Assembly: GCA_002269645.1 (NCBI GenBank)
Contig: NIVC01000386.1
Location: 434,001-498,000 of the forward strand
DNA length: 64,000 bases
DNA from: Macrostomum lignano
Taxonomy: Eukaryota
Direction: 5' to 3'
How positions within the stretch are numbered: the first letter of the stretch is position 1; every line of letters starts with the position of its first letter. Below are positions 1 to 12,114 of the stretch, piece after piece. The translations under genes and the position numbers were made by a program. The notes under the pieces were generated by a model. That model searched no databases and was not told the DNA's origin. It was given only the letters and a program-made list of their open reading frames with translations.

Positions 1-185
1 GTTAAGCAGACTTGGCCGCGGTTAGTACGCAGCTTGGGCTCCACCAGTTCATCCAGCTGCCGTAGAAATTCAGGCCTGAGAGTTGCGGCTTCCAAAACTC
101 AAGCAGCGTAGAAGCCTACTGATGAGTAGCAAGAGAATAATTTGAGGCCAATATGTTTACAGCTGCATCTCAGGCTCAGCGGTTC

Positions 186-230
186 AGACCAACTGATGAA
201 GATTGCAGAGTCGGAAACTGGTCCTGGTCT
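186..230 (+). ncRNA. Candidate degenerate minimal hammerhead ribozyme (Penelope-like-element type)
   Basis: Stem I AGACCA(186-191)/TGGTCT(225-230), core CTGATGA(193-199) plus one extra A, stem II GATT/AGTC with a GCAG loop, then G-G-AAAC-TG-GTC. There is one extra G versus the canonical CGAAAC and an A/C mismatch next to the cleavage site. Confidence 0.35.
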
Positions 231-440
231 CGAGTTCTAATCTCAAAAGTGCTCAAAAGTGCAGCGACTGTGCATTTGGTGTCAGGACTACTTTAACTCA
301 AAATATTGTCTCTTTTATAATAGCCTTGCTTTTGTCTGCTTTTAGTTTGCTGCTTGCAGAATCCGCCTAGAGTTGGAGTTTCTGCTTCTGAGCCCGCCCT
401 GTTGTTCCTTGCCCAAGCTCTGATGAGTAGCCAGGGACTT

Positions 441-738
441 GAGCAGTCCTGAGCAGCAGTCCTTGAACTCAACAAAACCCGCAGGCTACCACTGGGACCT
501 GAGCAGTCCTGAGCAGCAGTCCCTGAACTCAACAAAACCCGCAGGCTACCACTGGGACCTGAGCAGTCCTGAGCAGCAGTCCCTGAACTCAACAAAACCC
601 GCAGGCTACCACTGGGACCTGAGCAGTCCTGAGCAGCAGTCCCTGAACTCAACAAAACCCGCAGGCTACCACTGGGACCTGAGCAGTCCTGAGCAGCAGT
701 CCCTGAACTCAACAAAACCCGCAGGCTACCACTGGGAC
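441..738. repeat. 60-bp tandem repeat, about 5 copies
   Basis: Unit gagcagtcctgagcagcagtccctgaactcaacaaaacccgcaggctaccactgggacct; it generates the repetitive ORFs 293..715 and 439..1047. Confidence 0.95.
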
Positions 739-741
739 ACG

Positions 742-1066
742 TCCGACTGGCGCGGCGCGGCGGCGACCCTGGGCGGCCTTGGCGCGTCCAGGGGCCCCGG
801 CAACCCGCCGGATCTCATCATGGACGGCGGCCCGTTCAGCGTCAGCTACTTCGGCGGCGCCGGCTGTCGGCAAACGTCGGCAGCGTCGGCATCGTCGCCT
901 TCGAACGCGTCGACGTCGACATCGGCGGCCGCCTCGGCGCCTCCGCTGGTCGTCATCGGCTGCGGCGGCGGTGGCAGCGGCTTCGGCGGCTTCGGCGGCC
1001 TGGCGGAGGAGAGCGAGGAGCTGCGGGTGAACGAAACGGTGGCTTGAACGGCAGCTGAGCGTTGAT
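742..1066 (-). CDS. Probable Pro/Ala/Asp-rich coding exon of an unidentified gene, with an in-frame TAG at 846-848
   Basis: GC-rich and codon-like after acceptor ...caacgctcag|: AVQATVSFTRSSSLSSARPPKPPKPLPPPPQPMTT...APPK*LTLNGPPSMMRSGG...; the frame stays coding-like past the stop. Confidence 0.4.
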
Positions 1067-1716
1067 GACGACAGGACGAAGCGCGGAGAAGATGTACACA
1101 CACAGGTGCACATTCTGAGTACTTTTTGAGTTCCCCCGGAGTCCTTGCAAGAGATTAATTTCTGCTTTGAGCTGAATTTAAAAAAAATTCTTAATGTTAA
1201 ACAGCGCGCTTGCACATTTTTGTCATTTCTGTTTTTTCGTGTTTATTTTTTCATCTCTGCTACACTTAATTGGTGCTTTCTACTTGCAGTAGTGTATCTG
1301 CAGTAAGTAGTTTAATAGTGAAAATTCAAATGCCGTGTGTCCCAGCTGCATCAGTGCTGCTGGGTATTGTGGCTAATCTCATTTTCGCAATAATATTCGC
1401 TGTAGGAATCTAATTTTCGCTAAGCAATAAGAGTAATCAATACAAATCATACACAGTAGCAATAAGAATAATGCACTGCGACAGTGTTCGACGAAAATGC
1501 TATTCCTTTAGCAGCGAATCGCGAATGCCCTATAAGTTTACATTGCTATGGAAACTCTACCCTGAATTGCATCAATATTAATACATTAAAATCGAGTGAC
1601 CATGGATGTCTGTACTGCGCCAATTCATTTGCAAAGTTAGACAAAACTGGTTTTCATTACATTGTTGAACTCTGTTATTTAATGTAATTATTGAAGAGCT
1701 TTGCCAACTTTGAAGT

Positions 1717-2461
<745 letters not shown>

Positions 2462-2465
<4 letters not shown>

Positions 2466-3806
2466 ATCGGGAAGTCCTTGGTGACTTGTTGAATCTGGCG
2501 AACTCTGTTGCTGGGATACCAGGTCTTGCACAGGCCGCTGATGTCTCTCAGCAGCAGGTGCTGAGCGTGCCGCAGGCGGGCCAGCCCGATGTACCGAGCC
2601 TTCAGAAACTACCGATGCCGAAACTGCCCGACACGAATCGCAGGCTGCGAAGGCAGCGCAGGTTGTTGGCGCCCAGCCGGTCGGTCCGCATGATGAAGAG
2701 GCGGCCGGAGAAAACCTGCAGAGATTCCAGAGCCTGCAGGCTGGCCTGGCTTGCCAGAATCGGAGCCTTAACGGTCAGAGCCGAGCTTGACTCCCAAATC
2801 CCGCAGCCGCGGTTGCTCAGCGACATCGCCGCTGCATCGTTGAGCAGCGGAGATTCCACTGAGCACGCTTTGCAGAGCGCAGGCGCAGAGCACAACTGAC
2901 AGGCACCGTCAGCTGGAATCTCATTTGGTGGGCACTTGGTTGAGCAGTTGCGACCGTCAGAGCTGGTTGGGAAATTCCTGTCGCACTGCTTCACGCAAAT
3001 GCAGCTCCAGTTGCTTCAGGCCGGACGCTCCAGTTTCAAGGCGCGAACAGCCGCGCCTGCCGGAGCAGCCGCCCACGCACTGGCTGCCGCAGCACTCCTC
3101 CCTACCCGAGTCCGGATCGCGGTAGCAACTGTCGCACTGCAGCCGCTCAATGCAGCCATGAAAGCGCTGGCAGGCATCGGTCCCGCCTGACCAGCACAGC
3201 CGCCTTCCCGAGGCCTGCGAGTTGCAGCTGGCGTGACAGCTGGCCACTGACGAGCAAGGAGTGTTGACCGCAGTGAGGTCCGTACGACTGACCTGCCCAT
3301 CACCAACGGTTACCACGGAGGTCTGATCGATAAACTGATGCTTCAATTCGCTGTGGAGCAAGTTGGACCAGTCAATGGAGCGCGACAGATAGCAGTACAG
3401 ACTGGCGTGCAGGTTGCCGATGATGCTGGCGTCTCCCTGGATGGCGCTGAGGCTGGGCAGCTCCAGCCGAGTGGGGTACATCGACTGCATCACCTCCAGG
3501 GCGTGGAAGTGGCTCCTCCAGGTTTTTGCGGCGAATGATGCGCAGACGGCGCAGGCCGATGCGCTCCAAGTTGGCCCGCTTGATCACCAGCCGGCCGCTG
3601 ATCTCCTCGATGGAGTCCAGGAAGTCGGTGCTCATCCTGCTGATGAAGCTGTCCAGCGGCGCTTCGGTGATCGGATTGACGCCGAAGTTCTCGATGATGA
3701 GGTCGCCGAGCACGTGCACCAACGAGGCCAGCAGAGGGAGAAACAGGAGCCCGACAATGCCCGGCATGGCCATGCAGTTGGAGTGGCAGTTTTCAGACTT
3801 GAGAAA
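2462..3806 (-). pseudogene. EGFR/ErbB-type receptor ectodomain (Receptor L - furin-like Cys-rich - Receptor L), frameshifted (pseudogene or sequence errors)
   Basis: Three ORF-track frames plus a fourth segment join into VHVLGDLII..FLDSIEEISGRLVI..LRIIR / LELPSLSAI..CYLSRSIDWSNLL..CHASC..CWSGGTDACQ..CCGSQCVGGCSG / CVKQCDRNF..CSTKCP..CQLCSAPALCKAC..LESLQVFSGRLFI..LRSLRFVSG / LKARYIGLARLRH..SGLCKTW. Cysteine spacing resembles EGFR more than the insulin receptor. Shifts occur near 3510, 3000-3040 and 2603. Phase-0 acceptor ttttgcag| at 3806. Confidence 0.8.
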
Positions 3807-4057
3807 CTGCAAAACTGCTTGTTATTCCCTTATAATAAGCGCAAGCTGCTCAGCTCAGATCGAGTTCATTGATTTCTGATCCAGGAATGCCGCTTTGTTG
3901 CCAAAATGTCGCATTCAGTAAAACAAATTCTAAATAAAATTGTGTATCCAAATATTTTGAAAAAATATTTTAAAAAATATTTTGATTTCTGCTAGTAACG
4001 ATTTTCGTTGCTTGAGAAAATTTTGCTGCTCACTCAAGCATAATTGCCACTGACTCG

Positions 4058-4120
4058 AACCCGAACTATCACAAACCCAAAAAATCAAAATTCCAAAAAA
4101 TCATAAACCCGAAATATCAC
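4058..4120. repeat. Partial copy of the palindromic element at 62387-62508
   Basis: atcacaaacccaaaaaatcaaaa...atcataaacccgaaatatca resembles atcacgaatccgaaaaatcaaaaacccgaaatatcata. Confidence 0.45.
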
Positions 4121-4134
4121 ATGAGCTAGAGTAG

Positions 4135-4815
4135 ATCTAGCTAGAGCTAGACTGGGGTCATGAGCTAAACTGGGTCATGAGCTAGACTGGGGTCATGAGC
4201 TAGACTGGGCATGGGGTCATGAGCTAGACTGGGCATGGGGTCATGAGCTAGACTGGGCATGGGGTCATGAGCTAGACTGGGGTCATGAGCTAGACTGGGG
4301 TCATGAGCTAGACTGGGGTCATGAGCTAGACTGGGGTCATGAGCTAGACTGGGGTCATGAGCTAGACTGGGGTCATGAGCTAGACTGGGGTCATGAGCTA
4401 GACTGGGGTCATGAGCTAGACTGGGGTCATGAGCTAGACTGGGGTCATGAGCTAGACTGGGGTCATGAGCTAGACTGGGGTCATGAGCTAGACTGGGGTC
4501 ATGAGCTAGACTGGGGTCATGAGCTAAACTGGGTCATGAGCTAGACTGGGGTCATGAGCTAAACTGGGTCATGAGCTAGACTGGGGTCATGAGCTAGACT
4601 GGGTCATGAGCTAGACTGGGGTCATGAGCTAGACTGGGGTCATGAGCTAGACTGGGGTCATGAGCTAGACTGGGGTCATGAGCTAGACTGGGGTCATGAG
4701 CTAGACTGGGGTCATGAGCTAGACTGGGTCATGAGCTAGACTGGGGTCATGAGCTAGACTGGGTCATGAGCTAGACTGGGGTCATGAGCTAGACTGGGGT
4801 CATGAGCTAGACTGG
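4135..4815. repeat. 18-bp minisatellite (gagctagactggggtcat)n
   Basis: About 37 direct tandem copies, some with 1-nt deletions or a gcatg insertion. Confidence 0.97.
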
Positions 4816-5129
4816 CGCGGCTACTTTCATAGCCAAAGGCCAGCCACAGGGAAGCAAATTTGCTTGTTGCACTTCAATTTACACGCAGCCTGCTGAGCCG
4901 CCGCCTAAGCCGAGATGTCTATGGCCCAGGCTCCTCGATCCTGACAGGATTTCGCCTACAAGAGGGATTCAAACGCGCCCTGAGCTCAGCTGACTCAGCC
5001 CGAGTTCCCTTCAAGCGCAACTATTTTTCAGGCGAACGCAAAACAGAACGGCGATGACAGTGGCGAAAGCAGCAAGCAGCCAGCAGCAGAAGCAACAGGA
5101 AACAAGAGGATCGGTGCAGCAGGCGAGAC

Positions 5130-5983
5130 AGCAAGCAAAAGCAGCTGTAGATCAGGTGAGGCGGGAAGCAAAGGCAGCTGTAGATCAGGTGAGGCGGTAA
5201 GCAAAGGCAGCTGTAGATCAGGTGAGGCGGGAAGCAAAGGCAGCTGTAGATCTATTGAAGGTAGAAAGTAGGGAGGTTGTAAAGCAGAAGCAGCAAGAAG
5301 GTAAAGAGGCTTTGAAGCGGAAGCAGGAAGAAGGTAAAGAGGCTGTGAAGTGGAAGCAGCAAGAAGGTAGAGAGGCTGTGAAGCAAAAGCAGCAAGAAGG
5401 TAGAGAGGCTGTGAAGCAAAAGCAGCAAGAAGGTAGAGAGGCTGTGAAGCAAAAGCAGCAAGAAGGTAGAGAGGCTGTGAAGCAAAAGCAGCAGGAAAGT
5501 AGAGAGGCTGTGAAGCAAAAGCAGCAAGAAGGTAGAAAGGCTGTGAAGCAAAAGCAGCAAGAAGGTAGAGAGGCTGTGAAGCAAAAGCAGCAGGAAAGTA
5601 GAGAGGCTGTGAAGCGGAAGCAGAGAGAATGTGGAGGAGAAGCTGTGAAGCATCAAGCTGTTGAACTGAAGAAGCAGCAAGCTGTGAAGCGGAAGCAGCA
5701 AGCTGTGAAGCGGAAGCAGCAAGCTGTGAAGCGGAAGCAGCAAGTCGTGAAGTGGAAGCAGCAAGTCTTGAAGCGGAAGCAGCAAGCTGTGAAGCGGAAG
5801 CAGCAAGCTGGGAAACGGAAGCAGCAAGCTGTGAAGCGGAAGCAACGATCAAGAAAAAGAGTCAAGTGGAAGATGCCAGCCAGAGGCGCTGTGAAGCAGG
5901 GAGAAAGCAAGCGAAAGAAGCCGAGAAGCAAAGTCTGCATGCAGTCAGCAAGTCTGTCTTCCCCGCTGAGGCGGGGCTGGTGA
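5130..5983 (+). other. Composite 30/33/21-bp repeat block with an open Lys/Gln/Glu-rich frame (EAVKQKQQEGR)n, followed by AATAAA and an A-rich tract (6044-6087)
   Basis: ORF 5222..5983; all repeat units are multiples of 3; caataaaacaaaaaaacaaaaac... lies downstream. Coding status is uncertain. Confidence 0.35.
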
Positions 5984-6462
5984 GAGTTGGTCCACCAAAT
6001 TTGTTTTATTACTTTACTTTTGTTTTAATTGCAAAAACTCAACAATAAAACAAAAAAACAAAAACAACAAAAACCAAAAAAAATAAACCTAATGTTTACC
6101 AATTATATTAGATTACAGATTAAATTCATATCTAAATTTCGATTTCCATTCATTGATTTCTAGATAAATCGTACCTTTATTTTATATTCTTACCAGTAAA
6201 AAAACTTGAATATATTACAATGCTCTGAAAACCATCTTGATTGCCCTCTCGATTGAACACCTATCGCACTTTTATCTTTAATTACTAATACAGTGTAATT
6301 CACTTACAATCATAAATTTAATACTCCAAATTTTCGTATTGTATGACTGTATTAGAAATTAACTCAAATTTCAGAAATTTTTCAAATTCAGCACCTTACC
6401 TTTCTTTGTCTGCAATCCCCGACTCCCAGCACCCAGCCGGCTCTTCCAAGCCGCCTCATATA

Positions 6463-7870
6463 ATTCATCCTTACTAAACTCTCCCTCACTTTCTCCGCCT
6501 CTCGCCATGGAGGGAAGCGGGGATCGCAGGGAAGAGCAGGCGATGCTTGATGGGGCAGAAAGCAGCCTAGCCACCTGCTGTCCGCTCCATCACGCATCCC
6601 TGAATCCCCCAGACTCCTCCTAATTGGAGAGCCCGCCCACCAGTCTACTTACCTACCTATCTACCTAAATACCTACCAATTTATCTACCTGCCTAAATAT
6701 TTATCTACCTATTTATCTACCTTACCCTACCTGTCTGCTTTTATTTATACCGCACTTACACCAATATAAATACAGGGCCGCAACAACTGAGCTGTTTCAT
6801 CAAAGCTTTACTCTACTTAAAGTTAAGATGGCTGCTTGCAACCTTCCTCGTGTTTGGGGTTCACGAGTAACCAACGTCCCCCACTATTGTAAAGTCTGTG
6901 ATGAAATGCTTAGTTGCTGTAGTCCCGCTAAAACTACATTTTATTTGAAAAAACAAACTATTAGCAGTCCAACAGCCTCACATTCTACCACAGAAACTAA
7001 TACAGTACCCACAAGTTTTTATTTTCCGGTACACACCTGGCCGAGAAACCTAGTAGACAACCCGGCAGCACACCCGGCGGCACACCCGGCGGCACACCCG
7101 GCGGCACACCCGGCAGCACACCCGGCAGCAACATCCGGCAGCAACACCCTGCAGCACACCCGGCAGCAACACCCGGCAGCAACACCCGGCAGCAACACCC
7201 AGCAGCACACCCGGCAGCAACACCCGGCAGCACACCCGGCAGCACACCCAGCAGCAACACCCGGCAGCAACACCCTGCAGCACACCCGGCAGCAACACCC
7301 GGCAGCAACACCCGGCAGCACACCCAGCAGCACACCCGGCAGCAACACCCGGCAGCACACCCGGCAGCACACCCGGCAGCACACCCAGCAGCACACCCGG
7401 CAGCACACCCAGCAGCAACACCCGGCAGCACACCCAGCAGCAACACCCGGCAGCACACCCAGCAGCACACCCAGCAGCAACACCCGGCAGCGCACCCGGC
7501 AGCACACCCAGCAGCACACCCGGCAGCACACCCAGCAGCGCACCCGGCAGCACACCCGGCAGCACACCCAGCAGCAACACCCGGCAGCGCACCCGGCAGC
7601 ACACCCAGCAGCACACCCGGCAGCACACCCAGCAGCAACACCCGGCAGCACACCCAGCAGCAACACCCGGCAGCACACCTGGCAGCAACATCCGGCAGCA
7701 CACCCGGCAGCACACCCGGCAGCACACCCAGCAGCAACACCCGGCAGCACACCCAGCAGCAACACCCGGCAGCACACCTGGCAGCAACATCCGGCAGCAC
7801 ACCCGGCAGCACACCCGGCAGCACACCCAGCAGCAACACCCGGCAGCACACGTAGAAGCGAGCTAACCAA
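6463..7870. repeat. Tandemly duplicated module, copy 1: about 590 bp of unique sequence plus a CACCCGGCAG-type minisatellite (7060-7850)
   Basis: 6463-7058 is nearly identical to 8057-8650; both copies end in ...gaagcgagctaacc. Confidence 0.9.
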
Positions 7871-8056
7871 TCCAGGTATTTACATTCTTTCCTTCTACTA
7901 AAATACTTATCCTTTCATACATCCCTCTACAACTAACCCATCCAACAACCAAAACCACCTCTTCCACTTGCCTGACTTTAGTCACTCCGAAAACTGCATA
8001 ACTTCTTTATTTCCTTTCCCAGTAAAAGCCAAACAACCAAACTCCTGTTTCTTTTT

Positions 8057-9790
8057 TATCCTTACTAAACTCTCCCTCACTATCTCCGCCTCTCGCCATG
8101 AAGGGAAGCGGGGATCGCAGGGAAGAGCAGGCGATGCTTGATGGGGCAGAAAGCAGCCTAGCCACCTGCTGTCCGCTCCATCACGCATCCCTGAATCCCC
8201 CAGACTCCTCCTAATTGGAGAGCCCGCCCACCAGTCTACTTACCTACCTATCTACCTAAATACCTACCAATTTATCTACCTGCCTAAATATTTATCTACC
8301 TATTTATCTACCTTACCCTACCTGTCTGCTTTTATTTATACCGCACTTACACCAATATAAATACAGGGCCGCAACAACTGAGCTGTTTCATCAAAGCTTT
8401 ACTCTACTTAAAGTTAAGATGGCTGCTTGCAACCTTCCTCGTGTTTGGGGTTCACGAGTAACCAACGTCCCCCACTATTGTAAAGTCTGTGATGAAATGC
8501 TTAGTTGCTGTAGTCCCGCTAAAACTACATTTTATTTGAAAATAAACAAACTATTATCAGTCCAACAGCCTCACATTCTACCACAGAAACTAATACAGTA
8601 CCCACAAGTTTTTATTTTCCGGTACACAACTGGCCGAGAAACCTAGTAGACAACCCGGCAGCACACCCGGCGGCACACCCGGCGGCACACCCGGCAGCAC
8701 ACCCGGCAGCACACCCAGCAGCAACACCCGGCAGCAACATCCGGCAGCAACACCCTGCAGCACACCCGGAAGCAACACCCGGCAGCAACACCCGGCAGCA
8801 ACACCCGGCAGCACACCCGGCAGCAACACCCGGCAGCACACCCGGCAGCACACCCGGCAGCACACCCGGCAGCACACCCAGCAGCAACACCCGGCAGCAC
8901 ACCCAGCAGCAACACCCGGCAGCACACCCAGCAGCAACACCCGGCAGCACACCCAGCAGCAACACCCGGCAGCACACCCAGCAGCAACACCTGGCAGCGC
9001 ACCTGGCAGCAACACCCGGCAGCAACACCCTGCAGCGCACCCGGCAGCACACCCGGCAACACACCCGGCAGCACACCCGGCAGCACACCCGGCAACACAC
9101 CTGGCATCACACTCGGCAGCAACACCCGGCAACACACCCGGCAACACACCCGGCAACACACCCGGCAGCACACCCGGCAGCACACCCGGCAACACACCTG
9201 GCATCACACTCGGCAGCAACACCCGGCAACACACCCGGCAACACACCCGGCAGCACACCCGGCAGCACACCCGGCAACACACCCGGCGGCACACCCGGCA
9301 ACACACCCGGCAGCACACCCGGCAACACACCCTGCAGCACACCCGGCAACACACCCGGCAGCACACCCGGCAGCACACCCGGCAGCAACACCCTGCAGCA
9401 CAACCGGCAGCACACCCGGCAGCACACCCGGCAGCACACCCGGCAGCAACACCCTGCAGCACACCCGGCAGCACACCCGGCAGCAACACCCTGCAGCACA
9501 ACCGGCAGCACACCCTGCAGCACACCCGGCAGCACACCCGGCAGCAACACCCGGCAGCAACACCCTGCAGCACAACCGGCAGCACACCCTGCAGCACACC
9601 CGGCAGCAACACCCTGCAGCACAACCCGCAGCACACCCGGCAGCACACCCGGCAGCAACAGCCTGCAGCACACCCGGCAGCAACACCCGGCAGCACACTT
9701 GGCAGCAACATCCGGCAGCACACCCGGCAGCAACACCCGGCAGCGCACCCTTCAGTACGCCTGGCAGCACACCTGGAAGCGAGCTAACCG
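8057..9790. repeat. Tandemly duplicated module, copy 2, with a longer CACCCGGCAG minisatellite (8652-9770)
   Basis: Same unique segment as copy 1 and an independently rearranged array. Confidence 0.9.
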
Positions 9791-11114
9791 AGGCTTTCCT
9801 CTCGTTCAACAGACTGAACGTTCGGTTCACCCGAATAATTGAAACGTACCACAAACTTGAATTAATCGAGCTTCCTTTTTGGAACACCTCCCATATTTTA
9901 CGACGTATTCTTTTTAAGAAAACTTGTGAAGATCAAACACAACGGTCAAATACAACATTGCAAACTGACTAAAATATTGTTTAAGGAAACGATTACCTGT
10001 GTTGCAATCTGGAGTGTCTCAGCTGTCTATACATATTTTAAATGAATCATAAGTGCTTGCCTTGTAATAATATAGGTACGAGTTAGGGTTAAGTGCTTTT
10101 GTAGTATAATTCCAATGGTCTTTAATACATTGTAAAAGTGTAGAACTTTATGTATAGTGTAATAGTTTATGAGACAAAGTACAGTCAAAAACTTCAAAGT
10201 GAATGAATGGTTGAAATCAAATTGCACCTGTGCATTCTAGCTAAACCCTATCTATAAGGGATAGTGAATTCAACAATGCCCAACAGCTTGAAGTCCCATG
10301 AACAGTGCCAGCAGAGTATGTGTCTGCGAGCTACTTTATCTGTGAAAGGCTGAGCAAGTATTGAGCAATACATCCTTCCTAACTATTGGTCTGTGCGCCA
10401 TCTTCCGCCTGTTTGGAGTCGAATTGTTTCTTCGCTTGGAGGCCCATAACCTCGTCCTTTGCCGTCCAGACTCAACGACGAGCAAATGCTAGCAGACCTG
10501 AGCAGCATTCGTGGAAGTCGAAGATCTCAACCAAACTGCCCATGCCAGCAACCTGCACAAAAATGCAGATCCACGCAACCTATGCAACTGGTACACTTAA
10601 CTAGACCAGAAACTGACCTTCCACTACTAGTGCAGAGATGCAGCCCGGGCTCCTGTGCGGCAGCTGGATAAAGTGATAAATAAAGTGACAGCTAACAGCT
10701 GTGCCAGGCGTGAGCAAGTGCTACGACAACATTAAAGTTCTCTTTCAGCGTCAGATCCTCGGAGGAGGAACAGTGACTTACGCACAATTGTCACTGACTG
10801 TCATTGAGCACTGACTCAAGCATAACTGTGCCTTCCACTGAGTCTGGTTTTTTGGCTGGACCCACCACCTCCGAAATACCGAATATACTCGTAAAAACGA
10901 ACAAATCGAAAAAATAGAACACACAAAATTACCTTGCACAAATTATAATGACTTTTATTCGATGCCCTATTGTCAGTAGAAATACAAGGAAAATACGCTA
11001 AGAAAAAATTCTATAAAAATATGTCCAATACGAGCCATGGTACGTGTGCTGTTAAGCTAAACAAATGGTTTTTATTTGCTACACAAAACCTCTGAGGGCT
11101 GGTGGATTGACATA

Positions 11115-12105
11115 TCAGTGTGTTATCAGTGTGCCAGTCCGGGTCTTATCAGTGTGCCAGTCTGGGTCTTATCAGTGTGCCAGTCTGGGTCTTATCAGTG
11201 TGCCAGTCTGTGTCTTATCAGTGTGCCAGTCCGGGTCTTATCAGTGTGCCAGTCTGGGTCTTATCAGTGTGCCAGTCCGGGTCTTATCAGTGTGCCAGTT
11301 CGTGCCTTATCAGTGTGCCAGTCCGGGTCTTATCAGTGTGCCAGTCCGGGTCTTATCAGTGTGCCAGTCCGGGTCTTATCAGTGTGCCAGTCCGGGTCTT
11401 ATCAGTGTGCCAGTCTGTGTCTTATCAGTGTGCCAGTCCGGGTCTTATCAGTGTGCCAGTCTGGGTCTTATCAGTGTGCCAGTCCGGGTCTTATCAGTGT
11501 GCCAGTTCGTGCCTTATCAGTGTGCCAGTCCGGGTCTTATCAGTGTGCCAGTCCGGGTCTTATCAGTGTGCCAGTTTGTGCCTTATCAGTGTGCCAGTCC
11601 GGGTCTTATCAGTGTGCCAGTCTGTGTCTTATCAGTGCGCCAGTCCGGGTCTTATCAGTGTGCCAGTCCGGGTCTTATCAGTGTGCCAGTCTGTGTCTTA
11701 TCAGTGCGCCAGTCCGGGTCTTATCAGTGAGCCAGTCCGGGTCTTATCAGTGCGCCAGTCCGGGTCTTATCAGTGTGCCAGTCCGGGTCTTATCAGTGTG
11801 CCAGTCCGGGTCTTATCAGTGTGCCAGTCTGTGTCTTATCGGTGCGCCAGTCCGGGTCTTATCAGTGTGCCAGTCTGGGTCTTATCAGTGTTCCAGTCCG
11901 GGTCTTATCAGTGTTCCAGTCCGGGTCTTATCAGTGAGCCAGTCCGGGTCTTATCAGTGTTCCAGTCCGGGTCTTATCAGTGAGCCAGTCCGGGTCTTAT
12001 CAGTGCGCCAGTCCGGGTCTTATCAGTGTGCCAGTCCGGGTCTTATCAGTGTGCCAGTCCGGGTCTTATCAGTGCGCCAGTCCGGGTCTTATCAGTGCGC
12101 CAGTC
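11115..12105. repeat. 23-bp minisatellite (cagtgtgccagtccgggtcttat)n
   Basis: About 43 copies starting immediately 3' of the stop codon of the minus-strand gene ending at 12115. Confidence 0.97.
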
Positions 12106-12114
12106 CAGTGGTTT

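Noticed and set aside
6828-9887. Long Cys/Arg/Ala/Gly-rich ORFs (for example 6997..7851 and 8590..9723) as metallothionein- or keratin-like genes
   Set aside because: They are open in many frames on both strands because the minisatellite lacks stop codons; there is no splice or domain support.
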